The notes beneath the pieces are model-generated. The model searched no databases, was not told the DNA's origin, and saw only the letters and a list, made by a program, of their open reading frames with translations. A DNA stretch of 63,100 nt, the filler included, from Rhabdomonas costata (lineage: Eukaryota): assembly GCA_019059605.1 (NCBI GenBank). It is 23 parts of 23 records of this genome, joined end to end, with 100 filler letters (N's around TTAATTAATTAA, not from the genome) between each part and the next. Parts side by side here need not be neighbours in the genome. Positions count along the whole stretch, not along the records: positions 49,470 to 52,119 come from JAHMHO010002501.1; positions 52,220 to 54,865 come from JAHMHO010002502.1; positions 54,966 to 57,611 come from JAHMHO010002503.1; positions 57,712 to 60,356 come from JAHMHO010002504.1; positions 60,457 to 63,100 come from JAHMHO010002505.1; 18 more parts are not named here. One strand, 5' to 3'. Position numbers and translations under genes: made by a program. Shown one piece after another: positions 51,966-63,100 of the stretch (position 1 is its first letter; every line of letters begins with the position of its first letter).

Positions 51966-52111
51966 TTAACTCTCACAGAACTGCCTTGGACAGAAATGGT
52001 CCTGCAGCTGCACCGCCTCCTGGGGAGACTTTGAAGACACCTGTTCCTCCCACACACGGCGCCGCTCTATCGGTCTGTGCCATGCACGGGCAGATGGGTG
52101 CGAAAAATTGA
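50963..52111 (+). CDS. Protein with an F-box-like motif and a 22-Gln tract, 5' part
   Basis: Exon 50963-~51033 (MAESSS..ELEDMG) splices to an exon from 51802: EISLSSVPPELLGKIWHRLEEKVQRAVQRKLL-Q22. Confidence 0.5.
51899..51964 (+). repeat. (CAG)22 trinucleotide repeat
   Basis: Perfect 66-nt run. Confidence 0.98.
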
Positions 52112-52419
52112 GGAATGTGNNNNNNNNNNNNNNNNNNNNNNNNNNNNNNNNNNNNNNNNNNNNTTAATTAATTAANNNNNNNNNNNNNNNNNNNNNNNNN
52201 NNNNNNNNNNNNNNNNNNNGTTTGTTGGGACTGGTGGAGGATCGTACTTCAACAACACTTGGAACGTTTACCACGCTTTTCATGTGGACGGTGCTTTGCA
52301 AAGGATGAGTTTAGTCTTTGCGTCGCCTGGTGAAGGCATTTTTCTGGTGCCTTGGGATCTCAAGGTCATTGAGATGCAGAAATTGTTTGACAATCGGTGG
52401 CACTTTCTTGCAATCACGG

Positions 52420-54865
52420 TCCACATGAAAAGCGTGGTAAACGTTCCATGTGTTGTTGAAGTACGATCCTCCACCAGTCTCAACATAATTCAAAACGCGC
52501 TCCAGAAGCACAGAATAAATCTGGGTCATAGTATACTCTGATGCTTCCCACAAATCGGACGCAGCCCATACAAACCCGTGGGTGAGATTGGATGCTTTCA
52601 TCCAGAAGCAAAACGTAACTCCAGAGTTGGCTTTGCTCCTTGTCGTCTGCAACTTAAGACCAATGTTGTAATCTGATGGCGGATTAATCAACTGCCATGA
52701 AGAGCGGAGCCAATCTTTTCTCGAAGCAGAACTGAACAGTACACCTTTCGGGCTCCAAAACGGAGGCGTGGGAGCGAGCTCCAGTCCGACAAACACCACG
52801 TTCATCGGATCGTCAGATGACAGGTTGAGGGTAGCATTCTCATAAATTAGGTGAAGTGGGCCCGGAAGGCAGGGAATCCAGCGAACTTTTCGGCGAATAG
52901 TGATGCTTCGGTACAAAGTGGCACCTGATATGACGCGGCACGACTGGTTAGTCTCCGAAAGGTCCACGAATTCATACGGCTTCGGGGTGGCAATCGCGCT
53001 TGTCCGACCCAGAGGTGACAACGAGTTTGGATCAACTGCAGCGTAGAGACTGTACATCTTCTGGGCGACAACAGATGGTTGACACGTGATCCGAACGAAG
53101 AGAGGCTGTGCAAGAAAGCCCCGAATCCGTTTATCAGAAATGCAGGTGTCACACTCCACATTCTCAAACTCCATGGCCTGGCAATCAGCAAGGGAATTTG
53201 CAAACGCGACCCTTGCAGTGTACTGTCCTTGCTGGTTGCGGTGGCACGTTGCTTTCACATACATGAGAGTTTCCGATAATCCCGCTGACTGCAGAATCAC
53301 GCACCGACCATGCGCAGGAGAGTGAGCCACAACAATGGGGATGTAACTCATCAAGGTATTGGAGCAGTTTGCGCTTGTAAAAGTCTCCACAAATATCTCG
53401 GTGTTGTAATCAGGATAGTCGGAAAGCACATAAGCCAAGGTAAACCCGGCAAGGATCACTGTCATTACGGGAAGCAGGGAAATCAAGGCAAGCCGCAGCT
53501 CAAGACGTGCCATCACAGTTTTCAGCACAAAATAACCGACAGGAATCAATGCCGTGAACGCTGCGAAAACCACAATCCCGGAGATCAGGCTGCCATACAG
53601 GGAATACTGCAGTGCCGGGGTGTGTGAAGGTGTGCTCCAGCCCAGCGCAGAAGAGCGTACGTACAAAATGGTGTTTGATCGAAGTGAAGCACTGTTGGGA
53701 GTAATCTTTATCAGAACGGCGGAGGTGTTATCGACGGTCTCTGGAAACCTCAGGGTGCAAACAAGACGATAACCGCAATATCCAGGCGTATCTGCGGGAA
53801 CAACATGCCACTGCCACATGTTCGGAGAGCACTGAACACTTGCTCCACCACGACTGAACATGACAGAAATATCCGTTGCATTAACACGGGACGCGTACCA
53901 CGCAGCAGTCTCATTCGTGGGAGTGCGACTCAGAGACACCAGCAAGGTAACACTTCTCACGTACATTTGGGAAAGCAATGGAATTTCACAGAGCGAAGCC
54001 GTGCAATTTGCAGAGCTCAATCCAAACATCAAAGTGTTCGCAATAACAGCGCCAGAAGCAATATCCTGAGACACGGCGTGGGAAGAATTCAGCATAGCGC
54101 GGTAGAACAGCAAGTCCTTTGCTCCTGTGGGATAGTCGTTGATGAATTTTGTAAACAGACCCCCTCCGTTCCCAAGGTTCGCATACGTAGACATGCACCA
54201 TCCGGACGGTTCAGATGTTGCAAACGGAAGACCATTGGATATGGAGGTCAAGAACGCCAAGGTGCGGGTGTAGTTCATTGCAGGTATGGCATCAACCGCG
54301 AGAGTGTAAACAACAAACCCATAGGGCGATAACGCAGTTGAGCACATCACTGTTCCGGGAGGACAGGAGCACACGCACTGCAGCATCTCCTCTGACCATC
54401 TCACCGACACCGCAGCGGTACCGGCACAAGAGGAAGCCAATGTGCACACATCAGGGGTCACCCCATAGTCATTCGCTGGGTAAGGGTTGTACAACTGATT
54501 CCATACATAATATGCAGTGTGGATGCCCCCGTCCAGCGCAGAGTACGTATCAAGAACATTACACACCGCCGAAAGTACCAGGCATTTAAAGTCGGCGGTG
54601 ACGACAAAGGTGTTGGCCCCCGTGATAATGGCTCTCGCTCGGCAGCTACGGAAGTCACCATCGTCTGCAAAGGTTGAGAATTTCGAGCAACCTAGCCGGG
54701 CTGTTCGGCTGAGCAGTGAAGCTTCGCACCAGTTCTCGTCACTGCCGTCAGGACAGTCGTTGAAGCTGTCACAAAGCACATACTCGGGAAGACATGAGTA
54801 AGTATCTTGGCACCAGAGTCCTCGTCCGTCCGCACAGCCAGACAGGTTGGAATTGACCACCAACC
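52420..54865 (-). CDS. Large Cys-rich membrane protein: LDL-receptor class A repeat, two TM helices, LamG/concanavalin-like domain; intronless fragment
   Basis: CQDTYSCLPEYVLCDSFNDCPDGSDENWC (LDLa), two hydrophobic helices, and GVTFCFWMKA. The true continuation (..LFDNRWHFLAITV) lies on the inverted contig end, so the ORF-track stop at 52311 is an artefact. Confidence 0.8.
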
Positions 54866-56001
54866 NNNNNNNNNNNNNNNNNNNNNNNNNNNNNNNNNNN
54901 NNNNNNNNNTTAATTAATTAANNNNNNNNNNNNNNNNNNNNNNNNNNNNNNNNNNNNNNNNNNNNGTGGGGGGTTCGCCTGGGCTCTTTGTTTCAGATTT
55001 TTAGACTTAAGGTAAAAAGATCCGAGTGAAAAATTCAAGTGGCGCTCCGGCTTTGGATCACAGCAGGTTGTGATTCAGTTTATTTTTATTTTATTGTTGT
55101 TTTTTTTTCGTTTCTCGCCATACCCTTCTCAAGCATCTCATTCCTGCCAACGAATTTTTTCGGGTGAGGTTCGACTTGCCTTCTCACCTCGTGACCATTG
55201 TTGGGTGCGTTTCGGTTGGTCCCACATGTTATTCGCGTCCGCCCTATGTGGTACCGCTTGATACCCTCAGTTTCAGAGCAACGGATAGAGACGATGACGG
55301 TTCTCCCTCCCTACTCAAAAGCAGACTGGTGGGAGGATCACAGTCTATGGGCTTCTTCCCTGCTCCCTCTGCACCCGCTCTTCTCGCTAAATGGGCATGC
55401 TCGGCAAAGGTACTCTTACCCTTTAGCTCAGCTACTGACGATAAATCAGAAGATTAAAAAAGCGACGCGGGGACACAACACCAACAATGGGTTCGCCATT
55501 TTTTTCTAAAAAAAAAGAGAACGGTTTCGTTCATTAAGTCTACCTTTCGGTCATCAATGAGGCGGTGACTCCCCACTGGCCTTAAAAATCTTCAGCAGGC
55601 CTGAACCGATAGCCAGAAGAGAGAGAGAGGTTGAGATACCACAGGGATGCTCCCGAACTTGCCTGGAGTTTCTACGCACTGGGGGTAGAGAAAGTTTCCT
55701 GACCTTGCCCCCTCGGCCGGTTGTGGTGCCCCTTGGCGGCTTTTTGGCATCCCTTTGCGCCGCAATCTTGCCGCAGGCAGCGCAATGTTTAACCACAACG
55801 TATGCACAACAAAACGTACTCCTCATCCCACCCTCGCCACACCACTCAGCATTCATTTGCTTGTTCTGCAATGTTACAGGTGGTGCATCACCATATACAA
55901 GTTTCAAGCCTCTCTTTTTATGTGAGGGGAGAGGAGCCATTCGAAAAGAGTAGGAAACAAAGCCAGTGAGATGCAATAATAAGAAAGCCGAAGAAAGCCA
56001 C

Positions 56002-57572
56002 CCGTCCACTGCAGCATCAATGGCGACGGCCACGCTGAGGGCCATGGGGAAGGACCCCGCAGGGATCGCCTCAGGCTTGGGGTGCAGACGACTGATCGAG
56101 CGGGCCAATGCAGGGGTGCTGGCCCGCAGTCTGTGCACATCCTCGTGGATATGTGTGGCCAGCCTCTGGATGTTGTGCACGTGCAGGCGGTCAACGTTTC
56201 CTGCATTCGGAGTGCCCGAGTTCAGGTAATTAATCAGCCTGCGGTAGGAAGAAGGCCCATACAACAAAAATCCAGCGCGGTTGTAGAAGACCAAAGAAGG
56301 CGCCAGCAACAACAAGAATGAGAAAGAGTTTTCAAATAAAACGCAAAGCGGAAAGTTTCGCGCCACTTGAATTTTTGGATTTTCCGGTGGAACAAGTCCG
56401 CACAGCGAAATGGGACAAGCGTAAAAAGAAAGCGCGAAAAAATGGATACCGTGGGCAACCAGCGTAACAGCAAAGCAAGGCGTGTTCTTGAGAGGAAAAA
56501 GAAAGCCGCTGCTGCAGCACACCCCAGAATCCCAGCCTGCACTTCATCCAAGTGCTGCACAAGATGCAGGCGGTTGTCTGGGGTGATGGCGGGGCCATCG
56601 TCGGCGGGAAGCCCCTCCTCGTCCAAGTTCAGCTCCACCGGGGTGGTGGTCATCCCTGTGGGAAGCGCCGTGGTGGGAGGCGAGGATGCGGGAGGGCTGA
56701 CCGTCACAGAGTGAGGCCGCTCCACTCTTTTCAGGAGGGCTAGGGAACCCCGAGCTTCCTTGGAGGTCTCTGCGGGGGCAGGCTTTTCCGTGTTGGGCGC
56801 TGCCCCGCCTTGCTCCTCATCGCTCTGTTGCGACGTAGTCTCGAGGAAGGACTCCAGCTTGTGCAGACCAAACATCAACACCACCGCAAGGGAGAACCCC
56901 GCAGCCACTCCCTGAGAGCGCAAAGCCAGTGACGCTCGTAGCCAAGTGCACATGGATGCAAGTGCACACAATCTGGGCGAAAAAAAACCTGAAAAGAGAG
57001 GCACCTCAATGCAACTCAATATGGGCTCAAATCGCTGCTGCTGCTGTGTTGAGGTCGAATTTCCAGTCAGTGACTCGAGTGTGAGCCAGCAAACAGGATT
57101 GGGATATGGATGGCCGCGGAAGACGGTAGGATGCGGGGGACGGAACACCAGAAGGATGGACTGTGCTCTGCATCCTGTTTCCTGTCTTCTGGTGCTGCCG
57201 CTTCCCTTTCCTGAACGTCCCAGCGGCGACCGGCGGTTCGATAGCAAACGCTAACGAACTCTGACTAAATACGCACTACTAAACCACCATCAACGTAACC
57301 AACAATCCTGAAAATTCAAAGGTGCATCCACAGCAGCCTCTGTCCCGTCTGCAAAGCGAAAAGAGTACCAGGTCTTTGGAAAAGGTGTCGTGCTTCAGCA
57401 ACGGGAAAAGCTCCCTTCCAACAGCGGCCAAAATTATCCCCGCGCTGAAGTTCTGTGTGACGGCTTGTAAACGCTGCCCAACGTGGAAACACGCAGCGAC
57501 TACACTTCCAACTAACATGGCTGCAGCAGGAACACAGGCAACCAAAAAAGCCCCTAATACTGCGGAGTGCAT
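56002..57572 (-). CDS. ZIP-family divalent metal transporter, 5' part, spliced
   Basis: Exons 57572-57369, 56911-56523 and 56238-56002 give QNFSAGIILAAVGRELFP, GFSLAVVLMFGL, a long loop containing His residues, and VAVAIDAAVDG (TM4). Confidence 0.82.
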
Positions 57573-57711
57573 TTTTCAGGGAGTTGGCAAAAAAGGGGGT
57601 GAACAAAAAACNNNNNNNNNNNNNNNNNNNNNNNNNNNNNNNNNNNNNNNNNNNNTTAATTAATTAANNNNNNNNNNNNNNNNNNNNNNNNNNNNNNNNN
57701 NNNNNNNNNNN

Positions 57712-59200
57712 GGGGTTTTGGGTCTTTACCCACCTGGTCAACTGAGAGGACCTTTTACATATGTTGAAATGGACAGGTGCCACATCTATTGAAGAAGATC
57801 GATTCCGGATCAATCACTCTTTCTCAATCCAGCAAAACTAAATTTTCGCCCACTGAAATTAATTCCAGTGAACCAAAATAGCAACACTTTGAATAATGTT
57901 TTGCTATCACGTGTCAGTGGTAGCAGTAAACTAAGAACTAACGACCACAATATTTAACCCTCTTGTACAACACGTCAGGCAGTGCCTGTGGTACGTCGCT
58001 GCGTTTCCATAAACTGGTGTATGAAACACACCTCCGCCACCTCCTGTCAGACGGAACAACTGGATCTGAACAATTACGTGGCTCTTGCGACTTTCCAGAG
58101 TCGCAAAATTGATCCACTCACATACACGGCCGCTCTTTGTGAGCGCTTTAGATTCACCAAGTTGAAAAGAATTCCTTTTCCATAGTTGTCATTTCTTATG
58201 CAGGGGGCATGGCCGAGCTTTTCCGCAACCACTCAAAGCGCAGCTGAAAAATCATGTTGAATCTTGGTAGACTACTATATGCAGCACCCTTCCACAACTT
58301 CACACACTCTTAATTGTTTCTCATACTCCTCCTCAGTGGACTTAATCAAATTTGCTCCGCAATTCAATTTACTACGTCAAACTTTACCGACTTGCCGCTT
58401 CACTTTTATTCACGAAACTCATCTCGGATGTGACTTGACCTCATTAGATTTGACCACAAACACTCGTATATGAAGTGGAATAAAGGGAAAAGTGGAAATG
58501 CACCTTGTTATTTACACTTCTCCTGTGGACTCCGCCTCTTGATGGAATAATTTGTTTGTGGAGTGTCTTCTGCCTCACCGCATCGCTTTGCAAAACTCGG
58601 AGGGAATGACAATGGGACGCCTTCGGTCCTGTAGCAATTTAAATGCTACCATACTTCCAAATGTCATCTTGCCTCATTCTCTTTGGCTTTCAAATAGATC
58701 TGCTGCACAAACAACATTGCTATTGTAGCGTTTATATTGCATTTCTGTGGACAACATATTAAGTCAACTTATGCACCCACAAAACATACGGGAGCCATCA
58801 CATGAAGGTCAATCATATGAACGATTTGGGAATGTCTGGCATTGGAACGCATAGCATCAGCGAATAAATTGTGAAAAGAATCCCATTTGCATATGGTCAT
58901 AAGAACCTTATAAAGACTTTGTTACCATCTGATCGTAAATTACATCACACCATCACACTATAACCCCATGAAAAAGAATACACAGTAGACTCACACATTT
59001 CCACCTAAGCAAATGCAAAATTATCAATTAGAATCCCATCGTACGCGTGAACCTCCTTCTAAACCACTGACAATCTTCTATTGCAATCACTTAAAACACA
59101 CAAAACACCATCTAGCCACGTGCTATAGCCTCGATTAGAATACCATTGGACGTGTGCATCGCCACCTAAACTCATTCAAATTACTTCTATGATGTTGTTT
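57712..59200 (-). mobile_element. Possible heavily decayed LINE ORF2 (endonuclease end to RT start)
   Basis: No ORF is intact. Scattered remnants in the expected order: QWYSNRGYSTWLDGVL (~59150), KEFF (~58170) and KSD*SGID (~57810). Confidence 0.25.
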
Positions 59201-61906
59201 TGTTTTTGAAAACGCTAGCAAAGCAGAGGATACCCAAATGAGTTCTTCATATCAGAGGAGGCTTCATGCATGGTAGAGGTTTGGGTATTGTGAACGTTTA
59301 TAGGAGATAGAGCGTTGCCGTGGTGTGTGTCAGTTTGAGTGTTGACTAACTACTCAAGTATTTAATTTGTGAGCTTTTCGAGCAGAGTGTAGTGTGGGAA
59401 GAGGCTATCAATCTATTGAGCAGTTTTATTTCAGAGAATGGAGTTTCGGAGATGCGGTCGCAGTGCCGTGAAGCAGACGTTCACAGAGAGTAGGAATGAT
59501 AACTCAGGACCACGACTTACAAATATTTGGACCATAAGTGGGACAACTGGAGAGATGCAAAGGTCATGTGATGTTTGCGGTGGAGGATGAAGAGTATGCC
59601 GCGGTTTATGACGGAAGATGAAGTACAAAAATAGTTAAGTGACAATTGTGTGGTGTGAGAAACCCAAGACAGGAGTCACTGGGGTTTCACCGGAGAAAAG
59701 AGCGGAGGGCAGGTTTATCGTGTAACTATCATATCATAGTGTGCCAGAAGGATATAAGCAAAGAGGGTGGAGCACTTGCGCGAGGCCCTGGAGAGAAACC
59801 GTTGGCTTTCACTTGGATTACGTAGGTTTTACAAGAAATGAAATTCACATAGGTGTGTCGAGGGAAGGGTTTGGAAGTATGGCGCATTTCATAAAATAAA
59901 CAAAAGGTGTGGTGTCAACAATGGAAGGCAAATGATGCAAGCATGGAGGGCGCGGATTAAAGGGCGTATTTTAACAAGAGACGATGAGATCAAAAGATGT
60001 GTGTATTTTTGTGGGCTACCTCTACACAAAACATGACCCTGGAACCAGGTAGTGCTGGAGCCAAGCCGGAAGAGGTCCACTCCATGTTCACCCCCGGCAT
60101 GCCCGTTGAGATTAAGGTTCACAAATCAGCGAAACGCTCCATATAAGCTGCCGTTTTTCCGAAGACGGGCCACTTCTCGACACCAGTGGTCCCACCAGGC
60201 ACCAACCTGCCTTCGATGGACGAAGTTATAGCAGACTCCTGGCAATTAATCACGTACATCACCGATGGACACCCGCAGCAATGCGCAACCATTTTTCTGG
60301 ATTGCATGCGTGAGTTTGTCATCAGTACAGACGCACCCAACCTATAACCACCACCCNNNNNNNNNNNNNNNNNNNNNNNNNNNNNNNNNNNNNNNNNNNN
60401 TTAATTAATTAANNNNNNNNNNNNNNNNNNNNNNNNNNNNNNNNNNNNNNNNNNNNGACACACGAGGGACACTGGAGCGTACCCAGCAAGGCAATTCCAA
60501 TGAGCGGCAAGGGGGCCAGCGAAGAAAGCTGGGGCACGACCACTCACAATGCACCACTCGCGAAAGCAACGCTCATGACAAGTTGTGAATGACCGCAGCC
60601 AGGGAAGGGCTTTCGGCCAAAGTAAACGGTGCAGCTGTTGGTCGTCGAAATCAATAGGTCCGCTCACTGTGAAGGAGAGGACATTTGGGTTAGAAAGAGG
60701 GCCATGAAGTTGAAAAGACGACCTTAGCGGCAAATGTTACGAAGAAAAACATGATAAGGCATACGTTGCAGGAGGACTTGAAACCGAAAAAACAATGCGA
60801 TTTACCCAGGCAATGATCGTACTTTCTGCCCAAACAGATCGACACGTCTGACGGCAGGGGTTTTCAACATGCATTGCGGCTGGACGTGGTAAAAAATTCC
60901 CGCTACCTTCACCAACGGTCAGGTTTGCAGAAACGGACGCAAGGCGGCCAAAGCAAACCACCTCCTTGCCACACACTGCCATCCCTTCACACACCGCTTG
61001 ACTTCCGCTGCTGATCGCGAAAAGAACTTCGGGGATCCGCCAACCGTCGTTGGTCCCGAAACCTTTCAATCTCTTCGGCGGCTTCTGCATCTCTGCGGCC
61101 CTTACTTGCCGTTGCTTTCCGTCGTGGGAGCAGCCTGGGATCTGACCCACTGGCACACGTACAACTTCACTCCTTGTCCTCGGCGGGTATCATCGTTCCA
61201 CCTCTGCTGCCGTGGCCATACACTGAGGAAGGCGTGTTATTCGAGAACAATCAAGGTAGAATGTTATTTGCTTCCAAGGGCCATTGGTTCGGAGACACGT
61301 CTATATCAAGATAACTCCGTATCAGCATGAAAATGGAACAGGTGCTGATTAAGTTTCAGATTTCATTCCCTTACGCTCCCCGCGGTTAAAAATTGGCATT
61401 GACCAAAGTTGGGAAGAAGCGAGGGAAGGGATTTCATTCCGGTAATCACCGGAATCCATTTATACCCAATCCTGTGCCAAGAACAGAGAGAGGTTTTGAG
61501 GGCTGTAAAGCAAAAAGGCGCGTTTCGCGGAAGACACCAGGCAACAACGAAGCCACACCCACAACCGCAAATGCCACAGCGACATGCTTCCCCAACAGCC
61601 TGTGCAAGCCCCATCTCCCCCAGAAACCAGAGCACTAGTATCCTATAAATCTATAAATGATCTCAACGCGCTCTGCCAAGCCACTGTGGGTTTGTGAAGG
61701 CATCCCTTAGTCTTATCGCACGATCAAGACAATCCGTGGAAACGCTTCATGACACACAGGCGACCTCCCCATCTCGTGGGGGGGGGGGTTATCCACCTCC
61801 TCAACCCAACCCGGCGCATACCAAGGCAGGCTACTGAACGGGGAAGAGGAAGGGAGATTTCATGGGGTACTGCTGAGGAAGCCTTTGGGCACAGCATGCC
61901 ACGCAC

Positions 61907-62965
61907 CTGACAAAGCTCTCGGGAAGCCCACGGTGTGCGTTGGGCTCTCCCGGGGCCCACGCCAGGAAGTCCACCGCACTATCGTCGCTCCACTGCCAGG
62001 GTCCCGCTGGCTTGGGCTTGTGCAGGCCAACCCAAAAGTTGCCCCGGCAGCACCCTTTTTTGAGGGGGGGGGGTTGGTCGGTTAGCAAAAAGGGGAACCA
62101 TTGCAGCATTGCAGGAAGAGCATCCCTGCAGGGGGGAAGAGGTTTCACGGTGGTGCAAGTACGTCATTGGTACAGTCATTTCTGTGTGAACTTCAACAAG
62201 CTCAACAAAACACACACAGGGGAATTTCAAAGGTTATCTCCATCGATTGTTTATCAACATCTCTTACTGACTTTTCGAATAGGCGTGTAAAACAACATGA
62301 ATGGATCGCAGTTGGCAAAAATTCTAAAGCAGACAAATTTCGCGTGCTAGTGAAATATAAATCGGGTAAGAATGGTGGTTGGCACGCATCGTCATCCCAT
62401 GGATTCGTAGCAGAGATGCATTCCCTTCAGCAGCGTTGAGTAAAGTTCTAAAAGGCACTCCCATCTCCCTTCACATTCGCGACAAATAGCTTTGGTAAAG
62501 GTTGTTTCTGCCTACAGCGCTACAGCGGGCTTTCGCACCCTCTTCCGCCGCGTGGCCGCTTGTCGAGAGAAGGTTAGCTCTAATGGGAAAAATTCTTGCA
62601 GATTACAACGCGGTTCTTGGAAGCTCCATCTCCCTGGGCTCACCAAGTCTCTATATGACACATCCCTCCCCCACTGATTCATGTGGACGGATGGTCGTGT
62701 AGATGCCTGAAACACACATGCACCAACTAAGTCGCCGATGAACCGGTTCTCGGCGGCAGTATGCACGCTGGCCAAGTGACCGCCAGGCCACCGCTGGACG
62801 CAGTCCCTCTCCGCGTCATCCCACACCACACGAGCCACCACCACTCCAAAGCACGCCCTAGGGACACAGCCCTGACGGCAGAGGGTCTGGAGCTCAAAAA
62901 GAAGCGCCACACCCACCCCGCGAAACTCCAATTCCCACCCGGATTCACGGCAGTTGCGAGCGATG
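61907..62965 (-). CDS. C-type lectin domain protein, partial, spliced
   Basis: CRESGWELEFRG|ACFGVVVARVVWDDAERDC..GHLASVHTAAENRFI|..FWVGLHK..WQWSDDSAVDFLAWAPGEPN. The introns are GT-AG and phase-compatible. Confidence 0.88.
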
Positions 62966-63100
62966 GCTATGCCACGGCTTCCAGAAATTTCTCGGAGCCC
63001 CGCAAAGAGTTAATCTGGAAGTAGATGAATGAATTCAAATCAAGCCTTCCTACTCAAATATCTGCCCCAACGACCGCACAGCGAATTTACTCGAAAGAAG

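Noticed and set aside
2652-60456. Regularly spaced TTAATTAATTAA palindromes as a biological repeat or CRISPR-like array
   Set aside because: They are always embedded in N44 runs and act as a six-frame-stop contig linker.
60457-61330. Another recombinase or retroelement remnant
   Set aside because: Only isolated 3-4 residue resemblances were found, which is not supportable.

Overview
This window is not a continuous locus. It is 23 unrelated contigs of about 2.65 kb, roughly size-sorted and joined by an artificial 100-nt linker (N44-TTAATTAATTAA-N44, stops in all six frames). The DNA is from an intron-rich flagellated eukaryote, most likely a euglenozoan or euglenid. That assignment is an inference from IFT56, a CGM1-like capping enzyme, a kinetoplastid-like PKA-R C-terminus, a HAMP plus degenerate cyclase with an EWMY motif, and GTGCG/GTGTG intron donors. 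Most contigs start with G/T-only runs and end with A/C-only runs, and three have fold-back (inverted) chimeric ends, which points to whole-genome amplification of a single cell or low-input sample. Gene fragments rebuilt by manual splicing are: GT17 glycosyltransferase, histidine kinase, mRNA guanylyltransferase, intronless PKS (DH-ECH-ECH-ECH), intron-containing AmmeMemoRadiSam radical SAM, TTD14-like CYTH protein, IFT56/TTC26, UBA2, PKA-R, a PT-rich mucin-like protein, a cyclase-like protein, an F-box-like polyQ protein, an LDLa/LamG membrane protein, a ZIP transporter and a C-type lectin. Decayed CRE/SLACS, LINE, pogo and possible tyrosine-recombinase elements are also present. The best candidates for novel biology are the spliced AmrS-like gene and the DH-(ECH)3 PKS. 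No gene-neighbourhood inference is valid across linkers. All family calls come from motif recognition, not database searches.
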